A stretch of 63,496 nucleotides of DNA, counting the filler, from Craspedostauros australis (taxonomy: Eukaryota): NCBI GenBank assembly GCA_030167865.1. It is 19 parts of 19 records of this genome, joined end to end, with 100 filler letters (N's around TTAATTAATTAA, not from the genome) between each part and the next. Parts side by side here need not be neighbours in the genome. Positions count along the whole stretch, not along the records: positions 16,210 to 28,530 come from JALAGF010000385.1; positions 28,631 to 32,174 come from JALAGF010000386.1; positions 32,275 to 35,202 come from JALAGF010000387.1; 16 more parts are not named here. One strand, written 5' to 3'. Below the pieces are notes generated by a model. The model was not told the DNA's origin, did not search any database, and saw only the letters and a list, made by a program, of their open reading frames with translations. Position 1 is the stretch's first letter, and each line of letters begins with the position of its first letter. The translations under genes were made by a program, and so were the position numbers. Shown piece after piece: positions 22,653-33,960 of the stretch.

Positions 22653-23472
22653 TTAGTTGAGGACCTTTCCGAGGACGACGGATCCAATGAAGGAAGCGGC
22701 ACCAGCAGCTCCCAAGGCACCGACGGCGGCCGTCTGCGCGGCAACCTCAAGGATGGTATCATCCGGGATGAGGACAACGGCACCAACAGCTCCAGCGGCG
22801 CACGCGGCGCTGGCTCCCACAAGGGCCGATGGTGGGATGGTGATGAGCTGGGCAGCCAGCGGAAGCGCGGCAGGCGCCAATTCGACGACCTTCGGCAACA
22901 GCGGCAGCAATTCCGGTGTCACGGCTTCCACCAGGACGAGGATCTCCTTGTTCTCGGCCGCCAGAGCGAGGAGCGGCTCCAATTTGGACAGCGACAGACC
23001 CGCCTTCTGCGCCTTGGACAGCAGACCGGACCGTGCCACCTGCGTCAAAAGTCCCGAGGACTCGACCTGCGTCAGGAGATCGCGCACGGCGATGTTATTT
23101 CCGAGGCCATCGACCTCATCGGCCAACGAGGCGGCCAGCGGTGTGGTGCTGACGGCAGCGCGTGGCTGCGGGGCGAAGGCCGAAGTGGTTGTGGCGGCGG
23201 CGGCTGAATGTGGTGCGAGGATAATGGTGCATGTCGATGCAAAGCGTGTGAGAAAGGAAGTGTTTGCATCATCTTTTTGCGTTCCGGAAATTGTCATGAT
23301 CGGCGCATGGCGCAACTTCAACAACGTCCAACACGAAGCAGCGCGCCATTCGACGCAAGCGATGAAAACACGGCGTTCTTGTTGGCGCCAACGGTGATGG
23401 TTTGGCGCAGCTTTCTGCATCATCGGCATTCCCGGCCCTGCACTCACCAGCGATGAGCAAACTGAGCTTCAT
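22653..23472 (-). CDS. Plastid-targeted DUF1118-like membrane protein; exons 23472-23448 and 23203-22653
   Basis: Spliced N-terminus MKLSLLIAAAAATTTSA-FAP (ASAFAP motif). LLTQVESSGLL..GLLSKAQKAGLSLSKLE repeats. Two C-terminal hydrophobic helices around IPDD. Confidence 0.8.
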
Positions 23473-24051
23473 TTTGGATGGATGTATTGGGGATGTGAAG
23501 GGGTGTGGAAAAACGAAGAGTTGGATACTGTATCGCAACAGATGGAAAGGTGTCGTTGTCAGTGTCGTTGTTGGCGTTGGTGCTGGAAAGTACGATGGAT
23601 GAGATTGTTGCTGTTGTTCAACACGCCCACACATGGCACACCAAGAGAGGAAAGACAAACAACGCCGCAGTGGTTCGTGTTGTTGGATGGCGGCGACCAT
23701 GGCGCACAACGCAAACAGGCAGCGACGATTGTGATACGCAACGCACGTCAACAGCCGACTGGCGAAGGACGGACGCAAGTTCAATACGTGAACCAAATCG
23801 TTCCTCGTGATTGAACGCAGCCACCACAAAATCGTTGTGACGGAATCGAGATGACGGATTTGTTCGCCATCGATGATGTTCCGCATCCAACAACACGGAT
23901 TCGATGACTTTGGGAAGACCGCAGCGGAACACGATCCATTCATTCCATCACAACAACAGAGTGGAACGAGGCACCATCAACCTCCGAGGTCGGAAGATCC
24001 TCTCCCCCACCATACTCGACTTACCACACCATACCATACGATACGACCGCG

Positions 24052-24612
24052 ATGTCCTCCACGCAGCAACCATGGATGTATTTTGTGGCGGGTGCCCTGG
24101 TGCCCTCCCTCATCATGCTGCTGACGAAACAATCTGCTCCATCCTCTCCAAAGAAGACGGACGACAGCGATAGCGACGATGATAGCAGCGACGGCGGCGA
24201 CAGCGACACGGAAGGCGTCACGCAGGACGGGCCATCCAGCAACTGGGGATACGCGGATGCCCCGTACAAGATGGTCCTCTGCGTCAACCAGCAGCTGTCG
24301 ATGGGCAAGGGCAAGATCGCCGCGCAATGCTGCCATGCCGCCGTGGGATGCTACAAGCGTGCCGCACGGCAATGTCCCAAGGGTCTGCGTGCCTGGGAGG
24401 TGTCTGGATGCGCCAAGATCGCCCTCAAGTGTCCCACGCAGGACGAGCTCGAACTCATCGCCGCCAAGGCCGCCTCGCGCGACGTGCCGCTGTATCTCGT
24501 GGAGGATGCGGGTCGCACGCAGATCGCGGCCGGGAGTCGGACGGTGCTGGGATTGGGACCAGCGCCGGCCTACGTCTTTGATGAATTGACGTCGCATTTG
24601 AAGCTGATGTAG
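24052..24612 (+). CDS. PTH2: Peptidyl-tRNA hydrolase 2 with N-terminal membrane anchor
   Basis: KMVLCVNQQLSMGKGKIAAQCCHAA and DAGRTQIAAGSRTVLGLGP motifs. Confidence 0.95.
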   Translation: MSSTQQPWMYFVAGALVPSLIMLLTKQSAPSSPKKTDDSDSDDDSSDGGDSDTEGVTQDGPSSNWGYADAPYKMVLCVNQQLSMGKGKIAAQCCHAAVGCYKRAARQCPKGLRAWEVSGCAKIALKCPTQDELELIAAKAASRDVPLYLVEDAGRTQIAAGSRTVLGLGPAPAYVFDELTSHLKLM

Positions 24613-24882
24613 GAGACACTAAATTGCAATACATTGGAACACATTGCAATACTCTGCTGTTGGGCGATGCCTGGAAGAGCGATAGTTGGATGGAATGGTT
24701 GAATGGATGGATGGATCCGCACATGGAATGCTGAGAGAATACCGGTTGAGTAGAGTATTACTCCTCTCAATTGAATTGAATGCACTTCACAGTCGAGTAC
24801 TCTCTATACTTAACAGCACCACTGTTTGTATTTGTCTGCTTGTGAAGACATCGTCAATGTTCTCTCCTGTCTCTCTCTCTCT

Positions 24883-27102
24883 TTAGAATCCCTCCCCATA
24901 CTCGGCATCGTCATCATCATCCGGTTCATCGCGATACGTTGAGAATTGCTTGTCCGACATCTCCACGTCCGACTTTACGTACAGTGGTTTCGCGGTTTGG
25001 GTCGGAGCGCAGCAGCACCGTCCGATGCAGATCCCACAGCACAGCATCAGCACGAGCATTGCCACCACACCAGCCTGGCACGTCGTGTCCGTGCAACTGG
25101 CGACGGCCGGGTGCAAGTTGATTGTGCCATCGTCAATCTTCTTCCCTTGCTTCTTGTCTTCATGTTCCTCAGTGTGCGGCTTGTTATCAATGTCGCCGGT
25201 GTTGTCCTCATCGTCAGTGGTGTCCTCATCGCCTGTGTCTTCATCATCACCACCGCCCTGTGCAGGCGCATCCTCGTCGGCATCCTCCTCCTCTTCTTGC
25301 GAAGACGAGTTCTCGTTGCTTGCATGATTGGGCGCAATGTCCTCGTTGACTTCATCCTTGGATGCAATCTCGTCTTCATCGACTCCGAACTCCTGCGTCA
25401 CGTTCGCCTCTGTATCAGTCTTGAAGCGATCAATCTCGACTTCGTCCTCGACGGTGGGCTCGGCTGGTTCGTCGATCAGGAAGGGGAAGTCATGCTCCTT
25501 CATTAGATGGGTGTGATCGCAGAAGGACTCGGCCCAGCCCATGCGGTTGTGCTGCATGTCGAACAGGATGTTGTGGCCCATCATGGCGTTGGCACCCAGC
25601 ACGCTGCCGTTGTCTTCGGACATGTAAAAGCGCGGCGTGTATCGATCCGTCGGGGCGTAGTACTCCATGTAATGTTCCGGCGGAAAAGCGAGGATGACAT
25701 CGAGAGGGTGTTCCGGATCGAGGTCGCCGGCAAGTCCAGGGACGGTGTCGGGATGGGCATCGGCCACCGCCTTGTTGGCCTCCAGGTCGCCCTTGAGCTG
25801 GAACAGGATGGTGGGCAACGCCATGAGCTCGTCCTTCGTCAGCTTCATGCCGCTGTTGCTGTAGTGCTTGCCCGTCAAGGTATAGTAGGCCTTGTGGAAG
25901 GCTGGGGCCAGCGCTGTCTCCCAGTACGTGTCGGTGGTTCCGGAATCCACGATGATGCCGTTCTTGTTCAACAGTTCTTCGCTGGCGGGCAGGGTGATCA
26001 TCTTGACTCGGGGATTCTCCGCTGCAGCCCCGTCGCTGACCACAACACCCTGGCGCAGATGGATTTTTCGTATTGCGACCGCAAAGAATCCCTCGTCGAA
26101 CATGTCGTCAGTGAAGATCATGGGGGTGTCGTTGAGACGGTCATCGACGCCGCCCAACGTGATGGATCCGGATTCGGTGCCTTCGCGCGACGGCAGGGGT
26201 TGGCGCGCGTAGCACAACGCGAACTGTTCGGACGGACCCATCTTGTCAGCGTTGAACATCTGCTTCCAGTAGGACGCATCGGCCCAATCCATGCCCATGA
26301 TGCCGTCCGCCAGCTGCGTGACGAAGAGTCCTTCGATCTTCGTTTGGCAGCCAAAGTCCAGATTGAATGCAAGCTTTGAGGCATGGTGCGGATCCATGTC
26401 GTCCTCAGCTGCATCTTGCGCCGCTGCATCAGCGGCATCCGCGTGGAAGTGCGGTCCGCCCAAGTAGCACGTATCGTGGGACTCGAAGGCGTACCATTTG
26501 GATCCTTCCGCGTATCCCACCTTGACCTGGCAGTATTCGTTCTTATTGCCGGGGTGGACGCATTTTCCGAGAGAGCATTCGGTGCAACCCGCAGAGTGAA
26601 AGCTGGAGCTATCGCCCTCCCGGAAGAGCTGGTCGATATGATGCACTCCGGCGCCGCAGTCTTTGCACTCACTGCACGGGAAGGCGGTGACGCTGCTGCC
26701 CGTGTCCACGATGACGGTCTGTCGTTGCGGCGGCGTTCCAACCCACAGATCGACGTAGTGCGTGCCGTATCCCTGATACAAGGGGCTGAGCTGCTGGGCC
26801 TCCGCCATCGATTCGTCGTCGCTTTCGTCTTCGTCCAGGCTGCGTTGGCGACGGCGGCTGCTGGCATGGCGGCGTTGGTAGTGGCTGCGATACACCTCTT
26901 CCTCATCTCTCGTCATGGTGGGTCCATGGTGGGGGATGGACGTTGCCAACGATCGCTGATTGCGCTCATTCGCCACATGATGCGGCGTGAGCGACAGAGT
27001 GACTGGCTGAAACTCTTGTTTGGCAGACATCACATCAGCAGCTGCTGATGCACTTCCTGCGATTGCAGCCAACAGCGCAGTGCTCAATTGGAGGAACTTC
27101 AT
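24883..27102 (-). CDS. Membrane-anchored A1 aspartic protease, plasmepsin V/ASP5-like
   Basis: Start at MKFLQLS (signal peptide). Catalytic IVDTGS and IVDSGTT, FPCxxCxxCGxxxH insert, FGCQ..GLF..QLADGIMG, VLGANAM, acidic stalk, C-terminal TM and acidic tail. Confidence 0.9.
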   Translation of the reverse strand: MKFLQLSTALLAAIAGSASAAADVMSAKQEFQPVTLSLTPHHVANERNQRSLATSIPHHGPTMTRDEEEVYRSHYQRRHASSRRRQRSLDEDESDDESMAEAQQLSPLYQGYGTHYVDLWVGTPPQRQTVIVDTGSSVTAFPCSECKDCGAGVHHIDQLFREGDSSSFHSAGCTECSLGKCVHPGNKNEYCQVKVGYAEGSKWYAFESHDTCYLGGPHFHADAADAAAQDAAEDDMDPHHASKLAFNLDFGCQTKIEGLFVTQLADGIMGMDWADASYWKQMFNADKMGPSEQFALCYARQPLPSREGTESGSITLGGVDDRLNDTPMIFTDDMFDEGFFAVAIRKIHLRQGVVVSDGAAAENPRVKMITLPASEELLNKNGIIVDSGTTDTYWETALAPAFHKAYYTLTGKHYSNSGMKLTKDELMALPTILFQLKGDLEANKAVADAHPDTVPGLAGDLDPEHPLDVILAFPPEHYMEYYAPTDRYTPRFYMSEDNGSVLGANAMMGHNILFDMQHNRMGWAESFCDHTHLMKEHDFPFLIDEPAEPTVEDEVEIDRFKTDTEANVTQEFGVDEDEIASKDEVNEDIAPNHASNENSSSQEEEEDADEDAPAQGGGDDEDTGDEDTTDDEDNTGDIDNKPHTEEHEDKKQGKKIDDGTINLHPAVASCTDTTCQAGVVAMLVLMLCCGICIGRCCCAPTQTAKPLYVKSDVEMSDKQFSTYRDEPDDDDDAEYGEGF

Positions 27103-30100
27103 CTTGGACTGGATTGCTCGGAGTTGTTGGTCTCTGGTTGCTGAAGTGGTGTTGGATTGTTGCTGGATGGTGCTGAATGGAAAGGACGCTGTATTGTGAC
27201 CTGACCGTTGAGAAATGCCGAATCTGGAATTCTGTCTCTGAGAAACGGCGCAGAATTGGATAGCCTTCCTCTTCCTCTTGATCTTGATCCTGCTCTGCAA
27301 TCTATTCTATTATGGTTATCTCTCGTTTGCTTTCAATTGCTTTCAATTGCTTTCAATTGCGGGAGGTTGCTTTGGTTGTGATGACGGAGACAAGAAGCCG
27401 AGTCCTTCAGTCCGATCTGAATTGGTTGAGGTCGGTTCCGCTTCAATGCGATGTGCGCAATGCTCCCAATTGAACCTGTGTGATGCCTGTTATTAGAGGC
27501 CTATCGCATTTCACATTGGGAGTCCCACGGTACAAAATAACCTGATAATGACATTTTTAGAGGGGCAACATGCGAACTTCCCCCTCGGAAAGTGAAACTC
27601 GATTGCGTTTTAGGAGCCAAAAACACAATTGAGTTTCACATTGCAGTCCCGGCAATCCAACCTTCCACGTGTTGGAACGAAACCAATGGCCAATCATTTC
27701 TCTTCATTGGCAGCAATGTTGAGTCGTCCTTGTCGTGACAACGATATTTTTTTGAGATGCTAGTGATGATGAAACTAGCATTCCGAATGAGAGGTGCATG
27801 GAGCGATAGAGAGCGATTACGATGTCGAATATGCCTGTAAGCTTCACATATGATATCTGCGCGCAAGTATCAAAGGACCCCTTCATGATCCAGCTGAGGA
27901 ATCTTTGCTCATATCCTATTTCACCCGATACAACATCCGCGGCGTGTTCCTGATGCTCTGAGGACTAGTGTCGTCAGATACGACCAGAGACTTCTACCAA
28001 CGCGCATTTTGCATCCTTTGGAGATCCTTACTGCCATATCGGAAGTCGTTGTTGGTCTCCAACCAACCCAACATGCAATCGCAATAGTTCTGTGTAGACT
28101 GCGTATAGAGCTTCTATTGGACAACAAACTGCTGATCCATCTCCATGATACGGTGATCAAGAGGTCTCTGCCATCGACATTGGCAACAGAGCCTTGAACA
28201 AGCCGTGAATTAGCAGGGAAAAAGTGCTTGCGCATCTGTTGCCGGACCTCTGTTGGTGGCAAAGTTGAGACAGAAGAGATGGCAACGAACCTCTCACAAC
28301 ACGAAGCTCCTAAGAGGAGAAAGAGGGATGTGCGTTGCGTGCAACTCAGAGCACACCCATTAATGATCCTATCAACCTTTGGTCTCAACAAGTGATGCGA
28401 TAACATGCAAGGAGCATTCTTATCAGAGCAGTCTAAACTAGAGCTCTATTCTACAGAAGAGAAGCCGATCCAGTCATGTTGGTCGTCTTTCCGTGTTGGT
28501 CACGAACGAGTCACGAGTACCAATGTGAAANNNNNNNNNNNNNNNNNNNNNNNNNNNNNNNNNNNNNNNNNNNNTTAATTAATTAANNNNNNNNNNNNNN
28601 NNNNNNNNNNNNNNNNNNNNNNNNNNNNNNCGTCTTACCTAAGTGGTTCCTCTCATCCATATATATCTGGTCTTGCTCCTCTGCTGACGTTCATGCTCTG
28701 CTCCTCACGTTCCCACTGACGTTAGATTCCTCTCGACTCGTAGATTATTTGTTTCTGAAGATTCCGAGATTCTTTCGTCATATTCGAGGATTCTGCTGCG
28801 AATTTTCCGTTTTCGGGTTTGGAACATTTGATCGCGAGAAGGAGTTCTGGACAAACAAATATGTGTGAGCAGTCATTTGCGCAACTGTGACCCCTACCGG
28901 GTCATACACGAATCTGAATATTCGTCATGTTCCAACAAAAAGGACCCTTCGGTGAGAAGGAAGCAAAATCCGAAAGGCCAGTCAACTTCGCTTGTTGTGT
29001 TCGTGACATTCTGCATTTCTTGGATGGTATTCTACATCACATGCAACAGCGACTCTATCGCAGCTCTCCTGCTTCTTGTTGTGCACGCTGATAGTACCGT
29101 TGTTGGTAGCGCGACATCGAACAACACTTGCATGCGGCGACGTGAACGAATTGCTGGCTGTTGTGTTGGGCAGATCGTGTTGTGCGACATCCCCCATTGT
29201 GTCACCAACTATCCAGCCCTGGTCCGTTTCGTTCCATCCAGTATGTGCTCAGAAACGATCATGGAACTGGTCTCGGAAAGAACCACCTTGTCTGGCCAAG
29301 GTGGTGGCAAAGAGCACGGTGCAAACGTTCTCTGGCTTCGACAAGATTGCCAGCAGAAGATGCGGCAACGAACAGCGGAAACGTTGGCATTTTCAATCGT
29401 CTCTCCCATTCGCCATTCCGGCAGCGATGCCATTGCACAGGTACCCGCCAAAGTATCAAAAGTGGAGCGACGTGAATGTTTGTCTGGAGCCGGCAGAAGG
29501 AGTGGAGCCGCCAACTATCGCAGTTACATCGCAACCGGGCAGATTCTAACGAGACCAGCATGGTGCTGTACGAGCCACTCCAGCAGAGTGGATGACTGCG
29601 AGTCACGGCCGGGGCCTGTTCTGTGAGAGGGTGCGGAGAGGAATCACTCTGGATGAGAAGACACCACCCCAACGGCATGTGAAGCGACGCACGCTCCTGT
29701 TCCCAGCCACAGAGATGGAGCAAAACATTGCAATCACAATTGCCAATCTTTGGGCACGTCCGAATGGTCGCGGACCTACCCCCTCTTGTTTGGAGCGGAG
29801 ATTTGGTGTTCGTGTGCAGTGCTCTCCCCAAGCGACCGAGTCGCTCCAGCCTTTCTTTAGATTTGAAACCGCAAGAATGCAAGCACCATACTCTCCGGTT
29901 GACACCATGCGTTCCTTGGTGGCACTGTTGTGGGTCTCCGAATTGAATCCAAATTCGAATAATACAACACTGTGAACGGCGCGGCGTGACTTTGGTTCAA
30001 GTTTTGCTCTCGCCCTGCTTGCAACCGTCCAGTCGTCGTGACGTGCCAAGGTCGTAGAGGAGATGTATCCGACACAAATACAGAAGTAGTACGGAAGAAA

Positions 30101-30449
30101 TACGAGCCATTGAAGCATGATGAATCGCGTACTCGTGGAGTGGAGCAGCTCGTATGAGCAGCAGTGCGTCCAGAATGGTGGTACTCTACGAGCTATCATA
30201 CAAGTTAGTCTCGAAAGATGACACTCGAGTGAGTCTTGGCGCGAACTTCAATGCATGTAACATGAGGCCTCGAGTGTGCCTCGTCATTCGAATCAATCTC
30301 TGTGGCTGTTCCATTCACGAGACACTATTCACGTTCTACGTTATTCTACGCCACTCGTTTGCAATGCCGAGATTAGAACACGACATTGAACATGGAGGAA
30401 CCGCGGTCAGGCGAAACTTGTACCCATCCGTACTTGTGCATACGTCGCC

Positions 30450-31901
30450 TCAGTTGGGCGGGAAGAGCATCCGCTCGAGGATCGAGACAGCTTCTTGAGC
30501 GCCGGTGGATTGGATGGGTGGATACTTGGCCCAATCCTTGCTGTCAGCACCCAGGAGTTCCTCGAAGTGCGCACTGAGGTTGCATCCGTGGGCGGTACCC
30601 GACTGCATGAGGCTGTCGAAGTCGTTGCGGTCGCAGCCAAACAGCTCGGCTGGCTTCCATTCTGAAAAGATGACAGGGCCGTGGGCGGAGTGCCATCGCT
30701 TCAGCGCAGCGTGTTCGGGCCAATCACGGCGCTCCATGCACAACGTTGGGACCTGGTGGAGCACGGCTTCCGTCTGAGTTCCGTACCCAGTCTTCGTCAT
30801 GATGCAGTCAACCGATGCGACGATATCGATGTACGGGATGGACCGTTCCACGACGGATTGAGGAATGAAATCGGGTCGGCACTCATTGCGAGCACCTCGA
30901 CGCGAGCTTGGAGATTTCAGCTCTGGATCGTTTCTTAAACCGTCTTGGTCGTGAGCGTCGGCGCTTTCGAACGCTGCCAATGCGGAATCTGGGAAGATGA
31001 ACGCGGTGCCGTCGATCTTGGGCCATTGATTCAGGTACTCGGGAATGCCGTTGGACTTCAGCCCTCCGAGGCCAATCAAGACGAATTTGTGGAAACGGCA
31101 TCCGGTTGCTGTGAACACGATGTCTCGCAGATCACGCCGCGTGCCTTCGGATATGATCGGTCCAATCTCCTGCGTGTTGTGCAAACTTGCCATATCCATG
31201 GAAGGGGTGGGTCGTAGGAAGACGTCCGCCTTGGAGTACGCGTTCAGCATCTGCTCGTATGCCTCGGTCATGACTGTTCTATCGAACTGAGTCTCGTGCT
31301 CGACGAAGTAGCCGTGAAAGATGTCGGCCCAATTTAAGCTGCACATGGCGACTGAAGGGATGCCCACGAGCGCCGCCGCTTCGATGGAGACGAAGGGTAT
31401 GTTGCAGAACAGCACGTCCGGTTGGAGCTGCTCCAATTTGTACGCAGCCTCGGACACCCGCTGCTTGTAGTTCAAGTGATTGTCCAGATACCATCGGCCG
31501 CTGCTTTCGAGATCGCAAGTCATGGCATCGATCATGGATAGGCCGATATCTTGTTCATACGGAATCAGGCATAGGTTCGGGTCGGTCGTGCTGGTATGCC
31601 TTCCGTTTGCGCCAGGCTGATGTTCATCGCTGCTGGTGTTGTTGTCGCAATCAACACCTTGTTGGTAATTTGCAAAGGCATGCACGCGTTGCCGAATATT
31701 CTTGGTCTTATGGTTTGATCGGATGGTCAGCTTTAGGTTAGAGGGAGGATGTTGTGGTGCTTGTGATGGTGCTTGCAGTTGTGATTGGATGGGTGCTCGC
31801 TGTTTTAGGTTGGCGCAGAGAGAATTGAGGACGGCAGATGTTTGAGCTAAGTGGCCGAGGCCGTGCGCGGAAAGGTCCACGCACAGGTGCTTGATGTTCA
31901 T
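30450..31901 (-). CDS. GT-B fold glycosyltransferase-like protein (related to the arabinokinase N-terminal domain and bacterial hypothetical GTs)
   Basis: VDLSAHGLGHLAQ, PDVLFCNIP, CSLNWADIF and DIVASVDCIMTKTGYGTQTEA..RRDWPE motifs. Intronless. Start taken at MNIKHL. Confidence 0.8.
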   Translation of the reverse strand: MNIKHLCVDLSAHGLGHLAQTSAVLNSLCANLKQRAPIQSQLQAPSQAPQHPPSNLKLTIRSNHKTKNIRQRVHAFANYQQGVDCDNNTSSDEHQPGANGRHTSTTDPNLCLIPYEQDIGLSMIDAMTCDLESSGRWYLDNHLNYKQRVSEAAYKLEQLQPDVLFCNIPFVSIEAAALVGIPSVAMCSLNWADIFHGYFVEHETQFDRTVMTEAYEQMLNAYSKADVFLRPTPSMDMASLHNTQEIGPIISEGTRRDLRDIVFTATGCRFHKFVLIGLGGLKSNGIPEYLNQWPKIDGTAFIFPDSALAAFESADAHDQDGLRNDPELKSPSSRRGARNECRPDFIPQSVVERSIPYIDIVASVDCIMTKTGYGTQTEAVLHQVPTLCMERRDWPEHAALKRWHSAHGPVIFSEWKPAELFGCDRNDFDSLMQSGTAHGCNLSAHFEELLGADSKDWAKYPPIQSTGAQEAVSILERMLFPPN

Positions 31902-32274
31902 CGTGCAAGTCAATCGTAAAGGGACGTGTGGTGCGTGATGCGATGGGGGATATGTGGCTTGTGAAGCGTCCCGTGATAGTAGTGCATAATCGCTCCTTCG
32001 CATGTCCAATGATGATGATTGCAACAATGAGTGGTAACCCTGGTCGATGCGTGGCCGATACCGACGACGTCGGAAGTGGTTTGTTGCCCGATGACGGCAG
32101 AGGTCGCAACAGCAACGGATGTTGTTCCTGTTGTTGCGCTTGTGCAGTCGGTGTGATGGTTGTTGGCGTCAGCGNNNNNNNNNNNNNNNNNNNNNNNNNN
32201 NNNNNNNNNNNNNNNNNNTTAATTAATTAANNNNNNNNNNNNNNNNNNNNNNNNNNNNNNNNNNNNNNNNNNNN

Positions 32275-32876
32275 CTCCCATCTGTGTCATTGGTTTGACT
32301 GGGGGTAGTGGTGCCATGTTTGTCGGATCTGTCATGTGTGCTTCTCCGTGTGATTCGTCTGCTCACAGCTGACCTGCTGTTGTTGATGGTGTTGGCGTTG
32401 TTCTGGTTGGCGGTGTTGGAGTTATGGTTGGAGGTTTCTAGCACAGAGTCGTCAGCTGCAGGTTCATCAAGAGGACGGAGGTTGGCACCTAGCTTCTGGA
32501 TTGAAACCTTGTGTGGTGTGCCGTCCTCTGGATGAAACGATGAAGAGATGAAGGCCAAAGGTTGGTGTCATAGGAAAGAGATAAGAACACAGATGAGAAG
32601 TAACCTGGTTGAAAGCAGAGATGCTCAGGATGAAAAGTTGGCAATGTCACTGGGCATGTGATACTCACGATGAAACAAAGACTTCTTCACCAGTGTTCGT
32701 TTGAATTCGCGTAGCGTCCGAACAAACTTCTTGGCATCGTACTTGACCAAGAAAGGGTGATGAAGACGCAGAGACGTTGCCTCCCAGTGCCATTTTGTTG
32801 GATCGGCCAAGAACGCCTTGATCAGCTCCTTAGCATCAGGGCCATTTTTGTAGAAACGGGCTTCCGAGCCAACCAT
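32275..32876 (-). CDS. Unknown protein, 3'-truncated by the gap; exons 32876-32669 and 32527-<32275
   Basis: ATG immediately after the satellite. GTGAGT donor and polypyrimidine-CAG acceptor join MVGSEARF..KSLFH to QDGTPHKV.. in phase. Confidence 0.55.
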
Positions 32877-32884
32877 TGTTGGGT

Positions 32885-33960
32885 GTGTGTTGATGTGCAA
32901 GTGTGCTGATGTCCAAATGTGAGAGTCTGTTGATGTGTTGCTGTCCAAATGTGCTGATGTCTGGATGTGAGAGTCTGTTGATGTGGGAGTGCGAGGATGT
33001 GTTGATGTGCTGATGTCCGAATGTGACAGTGTCTTGATGTGCAAGTGTGAGGATGTGCTGATGTCCAAATCTGAGAGTCTGTTTTGCACAAGTGCGAGGG
33101 TGTGCTGATGTGCAAGTGCGGGGACGTGCGAGTGCAAGGAAGTGTTGATGTCCAAATGTGAGAGTGTCCAAATGTGAGAGTGTCTTGATGCGCGAGTGAG
33201 AGGATGTGCGAATGTGCTGATGTCCGGATGTGCGAGTGTCTTGCTGTGCGAGTGCAAGTGCAAGGATGCACTGATGTCCAAATGTGCGAGCGCAAGGATG
33301 TGCTGATGTGCTGAAGTGCTGATGTCTGATTGTGAGAGTGTCTTGATGTGCAAGTGTCTTGTTGTGCGAGTGCGAGGATGCACTGATGTCCAAATGTGCG
33401 AGTGTGAGGATGTGCTGATGTGCAAGTGTGAGGATGCACTGATGTCCAAATGTGCGAGTGCGAAGATGTGCTGATGTGCAAGTGCAAGGATGCACTGATG
33501 TCCAAATGTGCAAGCGCAAGGATGTGCTGATGTGCTGAAGTGCTGATGTCCGAATGTGAGAGTGTCTTGATGTGCAAGTGTCTTGTTGTGCAAGTGCGAG
33601 GATGCACTGATGTCCAAATGTGCGAGTGTGAGGATGTGCTGATGTGCAAGTGTGAGGATGCACTGATGTCCAAATGTGCAAGTGCGAGGATGCACTGATG
33701 TCCAAATGTGCGAGTGCGAGGATGTGCTGATGTGCGAGTGTGAGGATGCACTGATGTCCAAATGTGCGAGTGCAAGGATGTGCTGATGTGCAAGTGCGGG
33801 GACGTGCTGATGTCCAAATGTGCAAGTGCGAGGATGTGCTGATGTCCAAATGTGAGAGTGTCTTGATGTGCAAGTGCGGGGACGTGCTGATGTCCAAATG
33901 TGCAAGTCCGTTGATGTGCGAATGTGCTGATGTGCTGATGTTCGAATGTGTTGATGTTGG
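32885..33960. repeat. ~1.1-kb octamer-based minisatellite (GATGTGCT/GATGTCCA/AATGTGCG/AGTGCGAG) with 24-, 32-, 56- and 224-bp higher-order units
   Basis: Read directly. The block starting at 33254 is nearly identical to the block starting at 33478. Confidence 0.95.

Noticed and set aside
28631..30400. Several 150-250 aa ORFs and a possible LTR-like TATA segment
   Set aside because: No motif, codon bias or second copy to support a call.
32885..33960. CRISPR-like appearance of repeated gatgtccaaatgtg
   Set aside because: The intervening sequences are themselves repeat variants, not unique spacers. No cas genes, and the context is eukaryotic.
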